This document shows positions 12,369-25,194 of a stretch of DNA of 53,447 nucleotides, piece after piece. Under the pieces are notes generated by a model that worked only from the letters and a program-made list of their open reading frames with translations, was not told the origin of the DNA and ran no database searches. The stretch is taken from positions 1 through 53,447 of the forward strand of contig NW_021833882.1 of NCBI RefSeq assembly GCF_006345805.1, given 5' to 3'. This DNA is from Octopus sinensis (taxonomy: Eukaryota). The translations under genes were made by a program, and so were the position numbers. The first letter of the stretch is position 1. Each line of letters begins with the position of its first letter.

Positions 12369-12413
12369 TGAACTAGTACTTTCATGCATTAAGCTATGCA
12401 GTCTTCAGGTTCA
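12369..12413 (-). ncRNA. Minimal type-I hammerhead ribozyme motif with intact core
   Basis: Minus strand: tgaac-CTGAAGA-c-tgcat(agctta)atgca-t-GAAA-gtac-TA-gttca; 5-bp stem I, 5-bp stem II, palindromic AGTACT stem III. Confidence 0.8.
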
Positions 12414-12789
12414 TGTAGTAGTGGTGACTGTTATGATTTACAATTTACAACTGTAGTGAGTTGGCTTGAAACCTATACAAATGTATTTAATACATTTGTA
12501 TAGGTTTCAGAATGTTAATTTTTGCAACCTGTATACTGACCAATCAGTGTGCGATTTTACTAAATTACATAAGTTGAATGGTGTTTGGTTTAGGCGTCAC
12601 GGTTTTTTGAACATGTCAAGAGACTTGTATTTTGACCCTGGCCAAAGCAGTTATTGTTGGGCTAATTTTAGAAATGTTGTAAACAACATTTCCCAGGAAT
12701 TTTTATATTTCAATTATCATCATCATCATTATCATCTCCTTCATTATTGTTGTCGGTGTTGTTGTTGTTGGTGGTGGTGGTGGTGGTAG

Positions 12790-13000
12790 GAGTAGTTGTG
12801 GTAAATGCCTAGTGGTATTTCGTCTGTCTTTACGTTCTGAGTTCAAATTCCACCGAGGTCGACTTTGCTTTTCATCCTTTCGGGGTCGATTAATTAAGTA
12901 CCAGTTACGCACTGGGGTCGATGTAATCGACTTAATTCGTTTGTCTGTGCATGTTTCTTCCTTCTATGTTTAGCCCCTTGTGGGCAATGAAGAAGTAAGA
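12790..13000 (+). mobile_element. SINE family C (B-box gagttcaaattc; gcctttcatcctttcggggtcgata core resembling the Meta domain)
   Basis: Homologous to 33791, 44824 and the array units; the Meta-domain similarity is recalled, not computed. Confidence 0.8.
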
Positions 13001-13759
13001 ACTTTAAACCCCAAAATAAGATAATTTTTACTGACATTTCTCTTAACTTAGCTAGTATTTTCTCACTATAATCATAATGATTGTTGTTGTTGTTAGTGGT
13101 AGTGAGCGTAGCAGTAGAAATAGTACCTCTAAATATTAGTATTATTCTTTATTCAGCTTCGGTTACAATTTATTAATAAAGTTCTTTTCTCTGATTTTTC
13201 TTTCAATTTCACTCGGATTGTGTAGTTTGTAGAATGGAAATATTATAAATATTTTCCGACTGCATGTTGCTAGATGGTGACTCAAAGGTATCTGACGGAC
13301 ATCTGGTTCGCTAATTTGCTGCCGGTGCACACATGAACGTTCTGATAGTGCATTTCCATCTGACCTACTTATAGTTCTTCACAATTTGGGCATTTGTGTG
13401 TGTGTGGGTGTGTGTGTATTATATATAGAGGGCATTACTATACATAAATGCCACACGCTAGAAGGGACTCTTAAAGTCAAAACTACCAAAATGAATAAAC
13501 ACATCGTATCGAATGCGAGGGAATGCTTCTTTCGAAGCGAGCCTTTTAAAAACAGAATTCAGCTGCAAATCATATGATTTCATAATTAGTGCAGGAATGC
13601 ACTTTTTAATCGTCAGTGCGAGCATAAATGAAGATTATAACGAATGAATAAAAATCAACGTATCAGATGAACTACTCGTAACTACTTGAAAAATTCTTAT
13701 AAACATTTTATCCTATTTTAAAATTATATATATATATATATATATGATATTTTCATTCT

Positions 13760-14120
13760 ACAGAGAAATGGCTAAATATTTACGCAGTTTATAAATATAC
13801 CATATGTTGCATATTTATTACATCATACCTTGATACTGTGTAAACTAAGATCCCCGTTGACAGGCCGCTGGTATTTATAGAGTGTTAAATACTTTCGGCG
13901 TGCAAATTAGGGATCCTTCATAGAGTAACTGCTGCATTTGCTGAGTATATAAACAGTTTAGTTGTTTCTCAAGAGACTGTCAGAATGATGTAGACGCCCC
14001 TGGTGAGAACCCGATAAGGTTCGAAAATCGATTAAGGTTGTCCATCATTTTTTTCAGTCTACGTAGAAATGGCTAAAAATTTGCCCTGTTTATAATCATA
14101 CCACTTGTTACATGTATATG
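13760..14120 (+). mobile_element. Penelope-like terminal repeat with partial tandem duplication and degenerate hammerhead (13993-14042)
   Basis: ~50-bp imperfect direct repeat agaaatggctaaa.attt...tttataa at ~13764 and ~14066; CTGGTGA-gaacc(cgataa)ggttc-GAAA-atcgat-TA. Confidence 0.6.
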
Positions 14121-14686
14121 TAACATATATATGGCAGGTTGGATTAATGAGAACACTCTATTACACCTTAAAATACCATATACTTTTATGAATAATTATA
14201 TTTCAATTTAAGATAGATCAGATAAAGCAATTTATGAATGTAGATTAAAATTCTAAATAAAAGAGACTAAATTAAATCCGAGACTACATATTCAAATTGA
14301 TATTTTTGTTTTAATTAGTTTCTCAAGCACATCAGTAAGTTAATTCTCAAACGTATATACTATATCGTAAAATTTAAAAAGCTAGAAATTAAACTCAAAG
14401 ATTAAGAAATTGAAAGATTAAAAAAACTAAAAAATTAAAAAGTTAAATATTTTATTTAAAATATAAAAGATAGTTTTAAAATGATAATTATAAAAAATAA
14501 TCATTTAAAAATAATAAAAAATAATAATTAAAGTACTTAAAACTATAGGAAGAAATTTAAAGAATTAAGAAAATTAAAAAAGTTTAATTAAAAATAATTA
14601 AAAAGTAATTAAGAAGTAATAGTTAGAAGATTAGAACAATGAAATTAATTAAAAACGATATAACTGTATGTACCAATTTATACTAA

Positions 14687-14914
14687 CTATACTAAATATA
14701 CTAGACAAGAACAAGTATATGCTGCATTAATTTGAATTATTTTATTAGGGAAGTTTTTGAAGGTTCTCCTGTATGAATGTGTACAACGTAATAATAATTC
14801 ATCTCTTGTATTCAATGCATTAGATTTGGATGTAAGGATATGCAGCATCTTCTCAAGGCATAAGTTACACTTTAGTTTCCCTCCTTGATATTGTAGCGCG
14901 CTACCTAATATCAT
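14687..14914 (-). pseudogene. Penelope-like GIY-YIG C-terminal fragment
   Basis: ILGSALQYQGGKLKCNLCLEKMLHIL...LNTRDELLLRCTH. Confidence 0.7.
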
Positions 14915-15322
14915 ACCTCGTATTGCTTGCTTTAGCGCTCCAGATAGATTCGCTTAAAGAGGTAAAGTTTTCAATTGTTTTCTAAATATAAACGAAACTA
15001 TGATAATATAAAGCTTGTTTTTATAATTGTCCTAGCACCTATATAACAATATTTTCTCATAATCTTACCGAGCATTTATAACCTCTTTTATCTTAAGCAC
15101 TGGTTATTCAAAGGACAAGTAAGACGGCCTCTGTAATTACAAAACCGGTTAAGCTTATCATTGGATGATTGTCAGTTCGAAAGATTTATATCCCTATATA
15201 TTGTCAGTGTTAGATATTGAATCAGAAACATCCTATATATTAAGATATGATATATTTGATATACACATGGAATCTCTTATCTAAACACTGGATATCTCAA
15301 ACTCACTATGTATTACCCTAGG

Positions 15323-15461
<139 letters not shown>

Positions 15462-15469
15462 CATTGTCA

Positions 15470-16087
15470 TTTACTTTTAATCTGCACGTGTGATGCAATC
15501 ACTTGCCGGGGCACACCCAGCGCCCTAGGGCAAGTGAAGGTTAAGAGTTGTTGAAATATAGTTGAAAGCTTGGGGAGGGAAAGTAGAGATATATCTCCAT
15601 GTAATACAAACACAAACATTTACATTGATAGGGTTTTTCTAAGGATGTGGGCAGTACTTGTTAGCACAATCTTTTGGATTTCCTTGAGACATGGTTCTCC
15701 AGGGATATTGTCTAGGTGTTTCTGACATCCCTTTTTTATCATACCTAGGGCACCTACAATAACAGGAACAGTTTTTGTTTTAAGATTCCACATCTTTTGT
15801 ATTTCGATTTCCAGGTCCTTATATTTACTAAGTTTGTCAAATTCCTTTACAGATACATTTTTATCAGTGGGGACGCTTACCTCTATTAGTCTGCAGGTAT
15901 TTTCTTCCCTGTCTTTAACAATTATGTCTGGTCGATTAGCCTTGATCGTTCTGTCAGTGTTGACTGGAAAATCCCAGAGGATGGTGACATCCTTACCTTC
16001 AACAACTGGCTGAGGATGGTGTTCATACCAGTTAGCAGGAGTGTCGAATTTGTAGTATTTACATATCTTCCAATGTATATACTGTCC

Positions 16088-16090
<3 letters not shown>
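15470..16090 (-). mobile_element. 3' end of a second R4/Dong-like RLE LINE lineage between TAA tracts
   Basis: Minus strand: ILWDFPVNTDRTIKANRPDIIVKDREENTCRLIEVSVPTDKNVSVKEFDKLSKYKDLEIEIQKMWDLKTKTVPVIVGALGMIKKG, then 3'UTR. Confidence 0.85.
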
Positions 16091-16147
<57 letters not shown>

Positions 16148-16253
16148 GTTATTATTATTATTGTTTTTGTTATTATCATTATCATTATCCTTATTATTAT
16201 TATTATTATTATCATTATTATCATCATTACTATTACTATTGTCATTTCCATTT

Positions 16254-16316
<63 letters not shown>

Positions 16317-16375
16317 GTTTATGAATTTGCTTTGCAAGTTTCGTGTTATAAAATCGTGTGTTGAAAAACATCTTG

Positions 16376-16488
16376 TTATATTTGGGGATGGTCATTTTTT
16401 TTTACCAAATAAACACCCACATTGTATATTACTGCATTGGTGCGTGTGTTTATCTGGCGACGAAAAAAATGACCATCTCGAAATATAA
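16376..16488. repeat. Imperfect inverted repeat / hairpin
   Basis: ttatatttggggatggtcatttttt..ccaaataaacac pairs with gtgtttatctgg..aaaaaaatgaccatctcgaaatataa. Confidence 0.6.
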
Positions 16489-16716
16489 AAGTAAATTATG
16501 CATGTAAATGAGTGTGTGAGTGTCTGAGTGTGCGTGTGTATACATATATTTATATATGTTTATATGTATGTGCGTATATATATCTGCTCTTAAAGGATTC
16601 CGTTCTATATATGCTGTTCTAACAGCATCTACGCGTTGAAAAATGTCTTTCTACTTCTTCGACAATACATTTCAACGCTTCAAAAACAAGTTTGTTTACA
16701 TATGACGTAATATATC

Positions 16717-16831
16717 CGCAGGAGTGGCTGTGTGGTAAGTAGCTTGCTTACCAACCACATGGTCCCGGGTTCAGTTCCACTGCGTGGTACCTTGGGCAAG
16801 TGTCTTCTACTATAACCTCGGGCCGACCAAA
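16717..16831 (+). mobile_element. 5' part of SINE family A, abutting a truncated mariner
   Basis: gcaggagtggctgtgtggtaagtagcttgc...gggccgaccaaag, then mariner sequence. Confidence 0.85.
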
Positions 16832-17582
16832 GGTGGATGAAGATCTTGTTTCACGCGCGGTCTCGCTTGTTTACTGGGGCTAAACCATTCCTTACGCTAC
16901 TTCATATCGATGTACAGGCACCATTTTTCGTCGCCAGTAACGATTCAGTAAAGAAATCGTTACTTGAGCCCATGCGTTGAGCGGTGACGAGCAAGGATAA
17001 CAGCGGAGATTGTGGCTCGTTGATTTTTGTAGTTGTCACTTAAAGCATGCGGAACCCATGCTCCATACTTCTGAACCTTTCCCATCGAGTGAAGATGCTT
17101 CTCTATTGCAGTGTGGGAGCATTCCATTTCCTCTACCAGTTCCCATGTTGTTTGACGAGAATTTTCGTGCAAAAGTTGGTTTAATAACTCTTCATCGAAC
17201 TCAACTGGACGGCCAGAACGAGGTGCATCTTTGAGGTCAAAATTTGCATTTTTGAACTTGGCATACCAATCACGAGCGGTTCTTTCAGCTATGGCACCCT
17301 CTCCCTATACAGCACAAATGTCGCGAGCAGCTTTTGCGGTCTTAGAACCTTGATTAAAGGCAAAAAGAAGGAGGTATCGAAAATGCTCGTTTTCCTTAAC
17401 TTGACATTCCATTTTAATGATCTGGAAATAAACAAAAATTAGCTAAAATTAATTAGAAAGAAAAAGATTCCAAAATGATTCAAAAATAGAATTCTCGAAA
17501 AGAAAAATAGATCCCAAAATTTAAAAACGCAATAAATTCCAAAATTTAAAAAAACCGCGGTAACTTAGTTGTCAACTCAATA
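16832..17582 (-). pseudogene. Mariner transposon 5' portion (TIR plus N-terminal transposase with stops)
   Basis: ATG at 17412; MECQVKENEHFRYLLLFAFNQG...RSGRP...WVPHAL...IVTGDEKW; in-frame stops; TIR ta-ttgagttgacaactaagtt near 17560-17582. Confidence 0.9.
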
Positions 17583-17743
17583 TATATATATATGTGTGTG
17601 TGTGTGCATATATATATGTGTATATATCAAAATGAGGGTGAAAAAATTGTATATTAATTTAATAACATCAATTTAACACCAGTGGTTTAGCGCATAAAAA
17701 ACTGAGATTCAGTAAATATTATTAATACACATATGAGAGAGAA

Positions 17744-17816
17744 TCCACTGATGATCTGCAAATTAATTGTGTAAGTAAAATTGCATAATTTATTAACAGA
17801 GAAACAATTGTATGGG
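17744..17816 (+). ncRNA. Type-I hammerhead ribozyme motif within a Penelope-like terminal repeat (~17630-17940)
   Basis: tcca-CTGATGA-tctg...caga-GAAA-caattg-TA-tggg; palindromic ACAATTGT stem III; predicted cleavage after 17812. Confidence 0.8.
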
Positions 17817-18000
17817 GTTAATCTATATTTTTGCTATTTTTCATTTGTCCTGCTCGCTTACGTTCTTGGTGTACTAAGTTTTTCTTGAGAACAATTTTTA
17901 GTGGTTAGCGTAGGGGTGTCCACTTTAGTGGATTCTCTCATATGTGTATATGTATATATATATATGTATATGTATATATATGTATATATGTATATATATA

Positions 18001-18052
<52 letters not shown>

Positions 18053-18055
<3 letters not shown>

Positions 18056-18473
18056 CGTAGGAGTGGCTGTGTGGTAAGTAGCTTGCTTACCAACCACATG
18101 GTTCCGGGTTCAGTCCCACTGCGTGGCATCTTGGGCAAGTGTCTTCTGCTATAGCCCCGGGCCGACCAATGCCTTGTGAGTGGATTTGGTAGACGGAAAT
18201 TGAAAGAAGCCTGTCGTATATATGTATATATTTATATATGTATATATGCATGTGTGTATATGTTTGTGTGTCTGTGTTTGTTCCCCTAGCATTGCTTGAC
18301 AACCGATGCTGGTGTGTTTACGTCCCCGTCACTTAGCGGTTCGGCAAAAGAGACCGATAGAATTAGTACTGGGCTTACAAAGAATAAGTCCTGGGGTCGA
18401 TTTGCTCGACTAAAGGTGGTGCTCCAGCATGGCCGCAGTCAAATGACTGAAACAAGTAAAAGAGTAAAAGAGT
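18053..18473 (+). mobile_element. SINE family A, full length, in (TA)n
   Basis: Near-identical to 5435 and 22998. Confidence 0.9.
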
Positions 18474-19443
18474 ATATATATATATATATATATATACTGC
18501 CTTGTAGAAATCAAGAACTCGTATCCGTGTTGTGAATTTCCTGGTTGATGCCATTAAAAGTCCTCAAAGAAGAGACAACGATCAATTGAGGGGTTGCTGA
18601 TCAGGTCCAGAACTAAGCAAGTCCTGTCTAAATTTCGATCTCCTTTTAAGTAGGTGTTTTTAATTAAGTGCTTTCCGGCGTGACCTCTTGGAAAAGGTCA
18701 TTCAATTGCGCGGTGCCACTGAATCTCTCCATTTCCGTTGTATAGAAAAAGAGAGAGACCCAACCCACCAACATACAATTCCATATTGGTTCAACTGGTC
18801 AAGCCTTTGTCTTCCGCTACTAATCATCAATACAGGACTTTGTGAGAGATCCATTGTAGTTTTACAGGAAGTTCCTACTGAATCCAGTGTGCTCAGAACT
18901 GATTTTCTGAAAGAACAGATTTCTGTCCTCCGGCTCATATAACAACAACAACAACAACAACAACAACAGCAGCAGCAGCTGCAGCAACAACAAGAACAAC
19001 AACAACAACAACGATAATAATAATGATAATAATAATAATAATAAATGCAGACTGTGGAAAGAGTGTGGAAAATGTGACCCACTTAGAAAGTGGACGTGAG
19101 AGCCTTGCATCAGTGGCAACTAGCCGAACCGAATACCAGACATAAAATCAGTCAAACCGATATAGAATAGTACTTTTAAATGTGCATAATAGCCAACATT
19201 TTCTACAGTCATTTTTACATCACACTGTCATCTTATAATCTCATAATCTTATAATCTTTTAAAACGAACTTCTGATTTTCTCAGACATTCTCTAGAACAA
19301 TACTTTGTGCAAAACCAAAAAGATATGGCACCCTAGTCGTAACACCAACTTGAACTTCTAACCTGTTGTCTCCTGTGGTCTCTGGGTGAGTCAACTTGTA
19401 CAAATACAAAGGAAAAGCCAAAATACATAATAATAATAATAAT

Positions 19444-19474
<31 letters not shown>

Positions 19475-19497
19475 TACAATAACAATAACAATAAAAC

Positions 19498-19533
<36 letters not shown>

Positions 19534-19540
19534 AATAATG

Positions 19541-19580
<40 letters not shown>

Positions 19581-19984
19581 GATATAGTTGTCAGAGATCA
19601 TGAAGAAAAAAAATGCTTTCTAATTGATGTATCAATACCGTCAGATAACAACGTGTCTCTAAAAGAAATGGAGAAACTTTCAAAATACAAAGACCTGGAA
19701 ATAGAGGTAACCAGAATGTGGAATCTAAAAACAGAAACAATTCCTATCATAGTAGGTGCATTAGGCATGATAAAAAAATATTCAGACTAATACATAACAA
19801 AAACACCAGGACTTACAAACACATATAACATACACAAAATTGCACTACTAGGCACTGCACACATCCTACGTAGAACACTTTCCATACAATAACCATCAGA
19901 GCATCACAACAAATCACAGCACATACCAAAGGCACACAGAGCTGCGCTCGGTAGTGAAGTGAAAGCACGCTATAAAAATAAAAC

Positions 19985-19986
<2 letters not shown>
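19581..19986 (+). mobile_element. 5'-truncated R4/Dong-like LINE 3' end in (TAA)n
   Basis: DIVVRDHEEKKCFLIDVSIPSDNNVSLKEMEKLSKYKDLEIEVTRMWNLKTETIPIIVGALGMIKK; same family as 3430-3849. Confidence 0.85.
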
Positions 19987-20053
<67 letters not shown>

Positions 20054-20061
20054 TAATAATA

Positions 20062-20470
20062 AGCCTTTCTACTATATGCACAAAGCCTAAAATTTGGCGG
20101 GGAGGGGTAAGTCGAATACATCGACCCCATTGCTCAACTGGTACTTAATTTATCAACCTCGAAAGGATGAAAGGCAAAGTCAACCTCAGCAGAATTTGAA
20201 CTAAAAATGTAGCGGCAGACGAAATACCTATTTCTTTATTACCCACAAGGGGCTAAACACAGACGGGACAAACAAGGACGAACAAACGGATAAAGTCGAT
20301 TACATCGACCCCAGTGCGTAACTGGTACTTCAAACCTTTGGTATCGAACCCGAACGGATGAAGGCAAAGTCGAACTCGACGGAATAACAATTGAATCAGA
20401 ACGTACGGCAGGCGAAAAATGGCTACGCATTTCGCCCGGCGTGCTAACGATTCTGCCACTCGCCGCCTTA
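20062..20470 (-). mobile_element. SINE family C, head plus two body units (dimer)
   Basis: Head aaggcggcgag.ggcagaatcgttagcacgccgggcg on the minus strand; body repeated twice across a gaaatacctattt junction. Confidence 0.75.
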
Positions 20471-20670
20471 ATAACAACAACAACAGCAACAAAACAACAA
20501 CGACGACGACGACGACATATAATAGAATAATAATAATAATAATAATAATCATAAGAAGAAGAAGAAGAAGAGAAGAAGAAGAAGAAGAAGAAGAAGAAGA
20601 GAAGAAGAAGAAGAAGAAGAAGAGAAGAAGAAGAACGAGAAAAAGAAGAACTACAACAACAATAATAATA

Positions 20671-21133
20671 AATGTCTTGACGCAGTACTAGACAGTGGCT
20701 CTCATGGCTTCTGATCTTAACTGATTGGAAGTGTTATCATGTACATTGTATTGTCTTGGTATAAAAAGATGGGCTATGGCAAATATTCTGCTCAATGCCA
20801 CAGATTTGCTTGTCAGTTGTTTGACCTTAACCAGTTGAGCATGTCCCTTAGTGACTGACGATATGTGCATCTCTGATCACGAGTGGAAGTAGTGGGGGAG
20901 CATCATAGCCATGTGTTGAGAGGGATTCTTTGGGGTTTTAATAATTCACCTCTGGAAACAGCTGCAAGGTCATGTGCTGTTTATCTTGATATAAAATCAC
21001 CATGTCGCGCACATATGGTTGTGATGCATGTGCCTGGTGTACCCTTATCAGACGGGTAGTCATGATGGGTATATTGGGCTTCGTATAATTGTACCCCAGT
21101 GTCACTTTGATGGCTTGCACTGCTCTCTCACTC
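20671..21133. mobile_element. Non-coding interspersed element embedded in (TAA)n; possible non-autonomous partner of Dong-like LINEs
   Basis: Discrete ~460-bp higher-GC block bounded by TAA repeats; class is inferred only. Confidence 0.35.
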
Positions 21134-21188
<55 letters not shown>

Positions 21189-21229
21189 TTAATAATAATA
21201 ATAATAATAATAATAATGATTATGATGGA

Positions 21230-22542
21230 TAAATTGATGGAGAAAGAAATGACAGAAAATATTAAGGTGGAGTACTTGCGCAGACTGAGACTGATTCTTA
21301 ATTCAAAATTAAATGGACGTAATAAGATTGAAGCTATCAACACCTGGGCGGTTTCACTCCTTAGATGTGAAGCAGGTGTAATTGCATAAACAATAGACGA
21401 TCTAAACAGCTTAGACAGAAAGACAAGGGAGTTGCTGACTAGACATGGGATACTCCACCGAAAAAGTGACACAGACACACTGTATGTACCAAGAAAAAGA
21501 GGGGGAAGAGGACTTATTGGATGCGAACACAGCATAAGAGCAGAAGAAAACAACATAGCATGGTATGTAAAAAATACCATACAACTGCTATTGTTGGAAG
21601 TAAGAAGGTCAGGCCTATGTAGGATGGAAGATTTCAAAGATAAAGCACTGTTCAAGCACTTGAAAATGAATGAAACTGAAAATACATGGATAAAGTAAGG
21701 AATGCATGGACAATTTCTTATGGATATTGAAGATAAGACAGACAGAGAAAAAAGATGGATGACTAAAAGTGATTTAAAACCGGAGACGGAAAGCTCTAAT
21801 CTCTGCTGCCCAAGAGCAGGCACTAAGGACCAATTTCATCAAATACAGAACAGGCAACACATCAGAAAGGGATTAGTGCAGAATTTGTAGACAAAATAGT
21901 GAAACCGTATGGCATATGACCAGTCAATGTACGCCACCACTATCCCAGAAAGAATATAAGAGACGTCATGACAATATAGCAAGGATTGTCCATTGGACAA
22001 TTTGCAGCATGTATGGACTTGACAGAACAAAAAGATGGTGCGAACGTAAACCCGAAAGCATAGTTGAAAACGATAATGCAAAGATCCTATGGGATTTTAT
22101 GATTCAGTACGACCATAAGATAGAGAATAGTGTTAATTGTGAAAGAAAGCAAGCGATGCTGTATCATAGATACAGCATGCTGTATCATAGATACAGCATG
22201 CCCAGCTGACAACAAGGTATGCGATAAGCAAGAAAGAAAAGTCGATAGATATAACAGGTTAGCTTGGGAGGTTAAGCAGCTGTGGTCGCTGAAAAAGGTG
22301 GTAGTAGTAACAGTAATTGTTGGAGCCCTGGGAATAGTGAGTAAAAATCTTGAGAAGTATATGCAACAAATAGGGGCTGCAATAAGGATGGGGCACTTGC
22401 AGAAAACAGCACTGCTTGGAACCGCTCGGATTCTCCGGATGGTGCTCGAAAATTAGGGGCTGCGACCTTAGTTCACTGGTAGTGAACAGCTGACACCATA
22501 GTACATCTCCAGCGTTAGATGCTGTGCAAAGGCAATAAAACG
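21230..22542 (+). pseudogene. R4/Dong-like RLE LINE (RT thumb, zinc-knuckle region, RLE, 3'UTR), 5'-truncated, in (TAA)n
   Basis: LYVPRKRGGRGLIG, MHGQFL, EYKRRHDNIARIVHW, KILWDF, VIVGALG, LQKTALLGTARILR; stops and frameshifts; TAA flanks on both sides. Confidence 0.9.
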
Positions 22543-22609
<67 letters not shown>

Positions 22610-22878
22610 TAATAATAATCCTTTCAATTAAAAGCACAAAACCTGAATTTTCTTGTTTTATTTTGGTGGGGGGGGGGCAACTGAGCAAATAGTAGTAGTA
22701 GTGGTGGTGGTGGTGGTGGTTGTGGTGGTGGTGGTGGTAACGATTTCGAATTTTGCCGCAAGTGCAGCAATCTTGAGGGTCGACCAGTTGATTACATCGA
22801 CCCCCCCAGTGCTTAACTGGTACTTACTTTAACAACACCAAATTGATGAGAGGCAAAGTTGTAATAATATTCTCTCAT

Positions 22879-22913
<35 letters not shown>

Positions 22914-22997
22914 CTCTCTTTCTTTCTTTCTTTCTTTCTCTCTCACATACACACATACTCTCTCACATACACACTGTTCTATTACTGGTTACTAAAT

Positions 22998-23163
22998 AGG
23001 CGCAGGAGTGGCTGTGTGGTAAGTAGCTTGCTAACCAACCACATGGTTCCGGGTTCAGTCCCACTGCGTGGCATCTTGGGCAAGTGTCTTCTGCTATAGC
23101 CCCGGGCCGACCAATACCTTGTTAGTGGATTTGGTAGACGGAAACTGAAAGAAGCCTGTCGTA

Positions 23164-23228
<65 letters not shown>

Positions 23229-23432
23229 TTGTGTGTCTGTCCCCCTAGCATTGCTTGACAACCGATGCTGGTGTGTTTACGTCCCCGTCACTTAGCGGTT
23301 CGGCAAAAGAGACCGAAAGAATAAGTACTGGGCTTACAAAGAATAAGTCCCGGGGTCGAGTTGCTCGACTAAAAGCGGTGCTCCAGCATGGCCGCAGTCA
23401 AATGACTGAAACAAGTAAAAGAGTAAAAGAGT
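22998..23432 (+). mobile_element. SINE family A, full length
   Basis: Family match; bracketed together with 145 extra bp by a 27-bp direct repeat. Confidence 0.9.
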
Positions 23433-23465
23433 ATATACATACAAGAGCCCTGGTTTCCGTACACC

Positions 23466-23499
<34 letters not shown>

Positions 23500-23756
23500 G
23501 CACATTTCATACGCATATACCCTCTCATATTCATAACAATCGTTATTCAAACTTGAGTTGTCCTCATGAGCAAGTCAACACTGTTCTATTACTGGTTACT
23601 AAATCTATCTATTGTTCGCACAATAGCCACAATGTGAAGCATAGAGGAAACACTGGACGATGTTTGCACAGCTACTCTTTTCAACTTTGTATCATTTCTC
23701 AAAAGGCACAACTTTATATGGTCTGTTACCTGTAAACATTCACCTCTCATGGTATA

Positions 23757-23788
<32 letters not shown>

Positions 23789-23955
23789 TATTATATATAT
23801 CATCTTGATCACTTGACCGACCAGTCCGTCAGGTGTCCATTTGATACGCTGGTCACAGCACGCTGCCCACTCCTCTCTGGATCGCGCCTTTCTCAATATA
23901 TATATACTATATATACATATATACATACATACATGCATGAGAATATGTATGATAT

Positions 23956-24004
<49 letters not shown>

Positions 24005-24107
24005 ATATATATATATATATATTATATGAATGTATTTATGTATATATATGTATATATATGTATATAATATATATAATATATGTATATTATATATATATAT
24101 ATATTAC

Positions 24108-24145
<38 letters not shown>

Positions 24146-24255
24146 GAATGTATTTATGTATATATATGTATATATATATGTGTGTATATATAGATATATA
24201 TATATAATATATATAATATATATTGATAGATAGATAGATAGATAAGACAGACAGG

Positions 24256-24327
<72 letters not shown>

Positions 24328-24329
24328 CA

Positions 24330-24685
24330 GACAGGCTTGCAGGAGTGAGTGTACTCGCGCCATGCAGCCTGCCCGAAGGCGTTTATGCATCCGTATCTGT
24401 TAACAGTTATTTTTAATTCTTTTCTCGCTGGATTGCGTGTTCGTTTCTCTTTTAGCCATATGTGATTTTATTTTTGGTCTTTTATATAAATGAAGATATT
24501 TCCTCCGTCTGGCTGCTTTTCTTTCTACAAAAACGGAAAGTTACATTGCGGAACAGTCATTTTAACGAGTTGTATTTATTTATCACCCGACGAGATACAT
24601 CTACACCACCGGATGCTCCTGAACCAGTTGTTGGGTGTCCCACCCATGAGAAATCGATACTAGATGTGTCAAAACAATCATCGTT
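24330..24685 (+). mobile_element. Penelope-like terminal-repeat family copy with degenerate long-stem-II hammerhead
   Basis: Homologous to 38690-38934 (-) and 39255-40000 (+); atcac-CCGACGA-gatacatcta...tagatgtgtc-aAAA-caatca-TC. Confidence 0.6.
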
Positions 24686-24700
24686 TATATATATATACAT

Positions 24701-25101
24701 AGCAATAATAAATCTCTGAACGAGATGTAAACAGTAACCGCTCGACAACGTAAAGTATATTAGCCATCTCAATATGGCTAACCACAAAGGGTGGGTGTTA
24801 CTGTAGCTTTTAACCCCAGGAGATCATCGTCTTCAGCTGGCTTTAGGCACACTATCTGTGCCCTTATGGTATTTGCAAAGGGAGGTCATCCCTCTCTCGT
24901 AAGCCTAAGTGATACGCACGGACCGCAGTTTCGAGGTAGTTGCCTCTTGTCAACGGGCGGTAATCACCGGTTTACGATGAAAAGGAAGACCTATATGCTA
25001 ATACTTATAGGTTTTTCTAGTAACTTCCGTCACTGATTTCGAAAAACTGTTTGCAAGCAATAATAAATCTCTGAACGAGATGTAAACAGTAACCGCTCGA
25101 C
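24701..25101. repeat. Element with exact 46-bp terminal direct repeat (355-bp period)
   Basis: agcaataataaatctctgaacgagatgtaaacagtaaccgctcgac at 24701-24746 and 25056-25101. Confidence 0.8.
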
Positions 25102-25194
25102 GTAAAGTTGAAATTTACATAAAGCATAAGACGAAGACAAGTGTGTAAACAACAAACAGGTGTATTAGTTTAACATTCGGGAAGTTGAAAAAGT

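Noticed and set aside
18510-18940. Possible coding or LINE fragment (also 8480-9015, 41100-41430, 43150-43790)
   Set aside because: No motif I could recognise with confidence; left unannotated.
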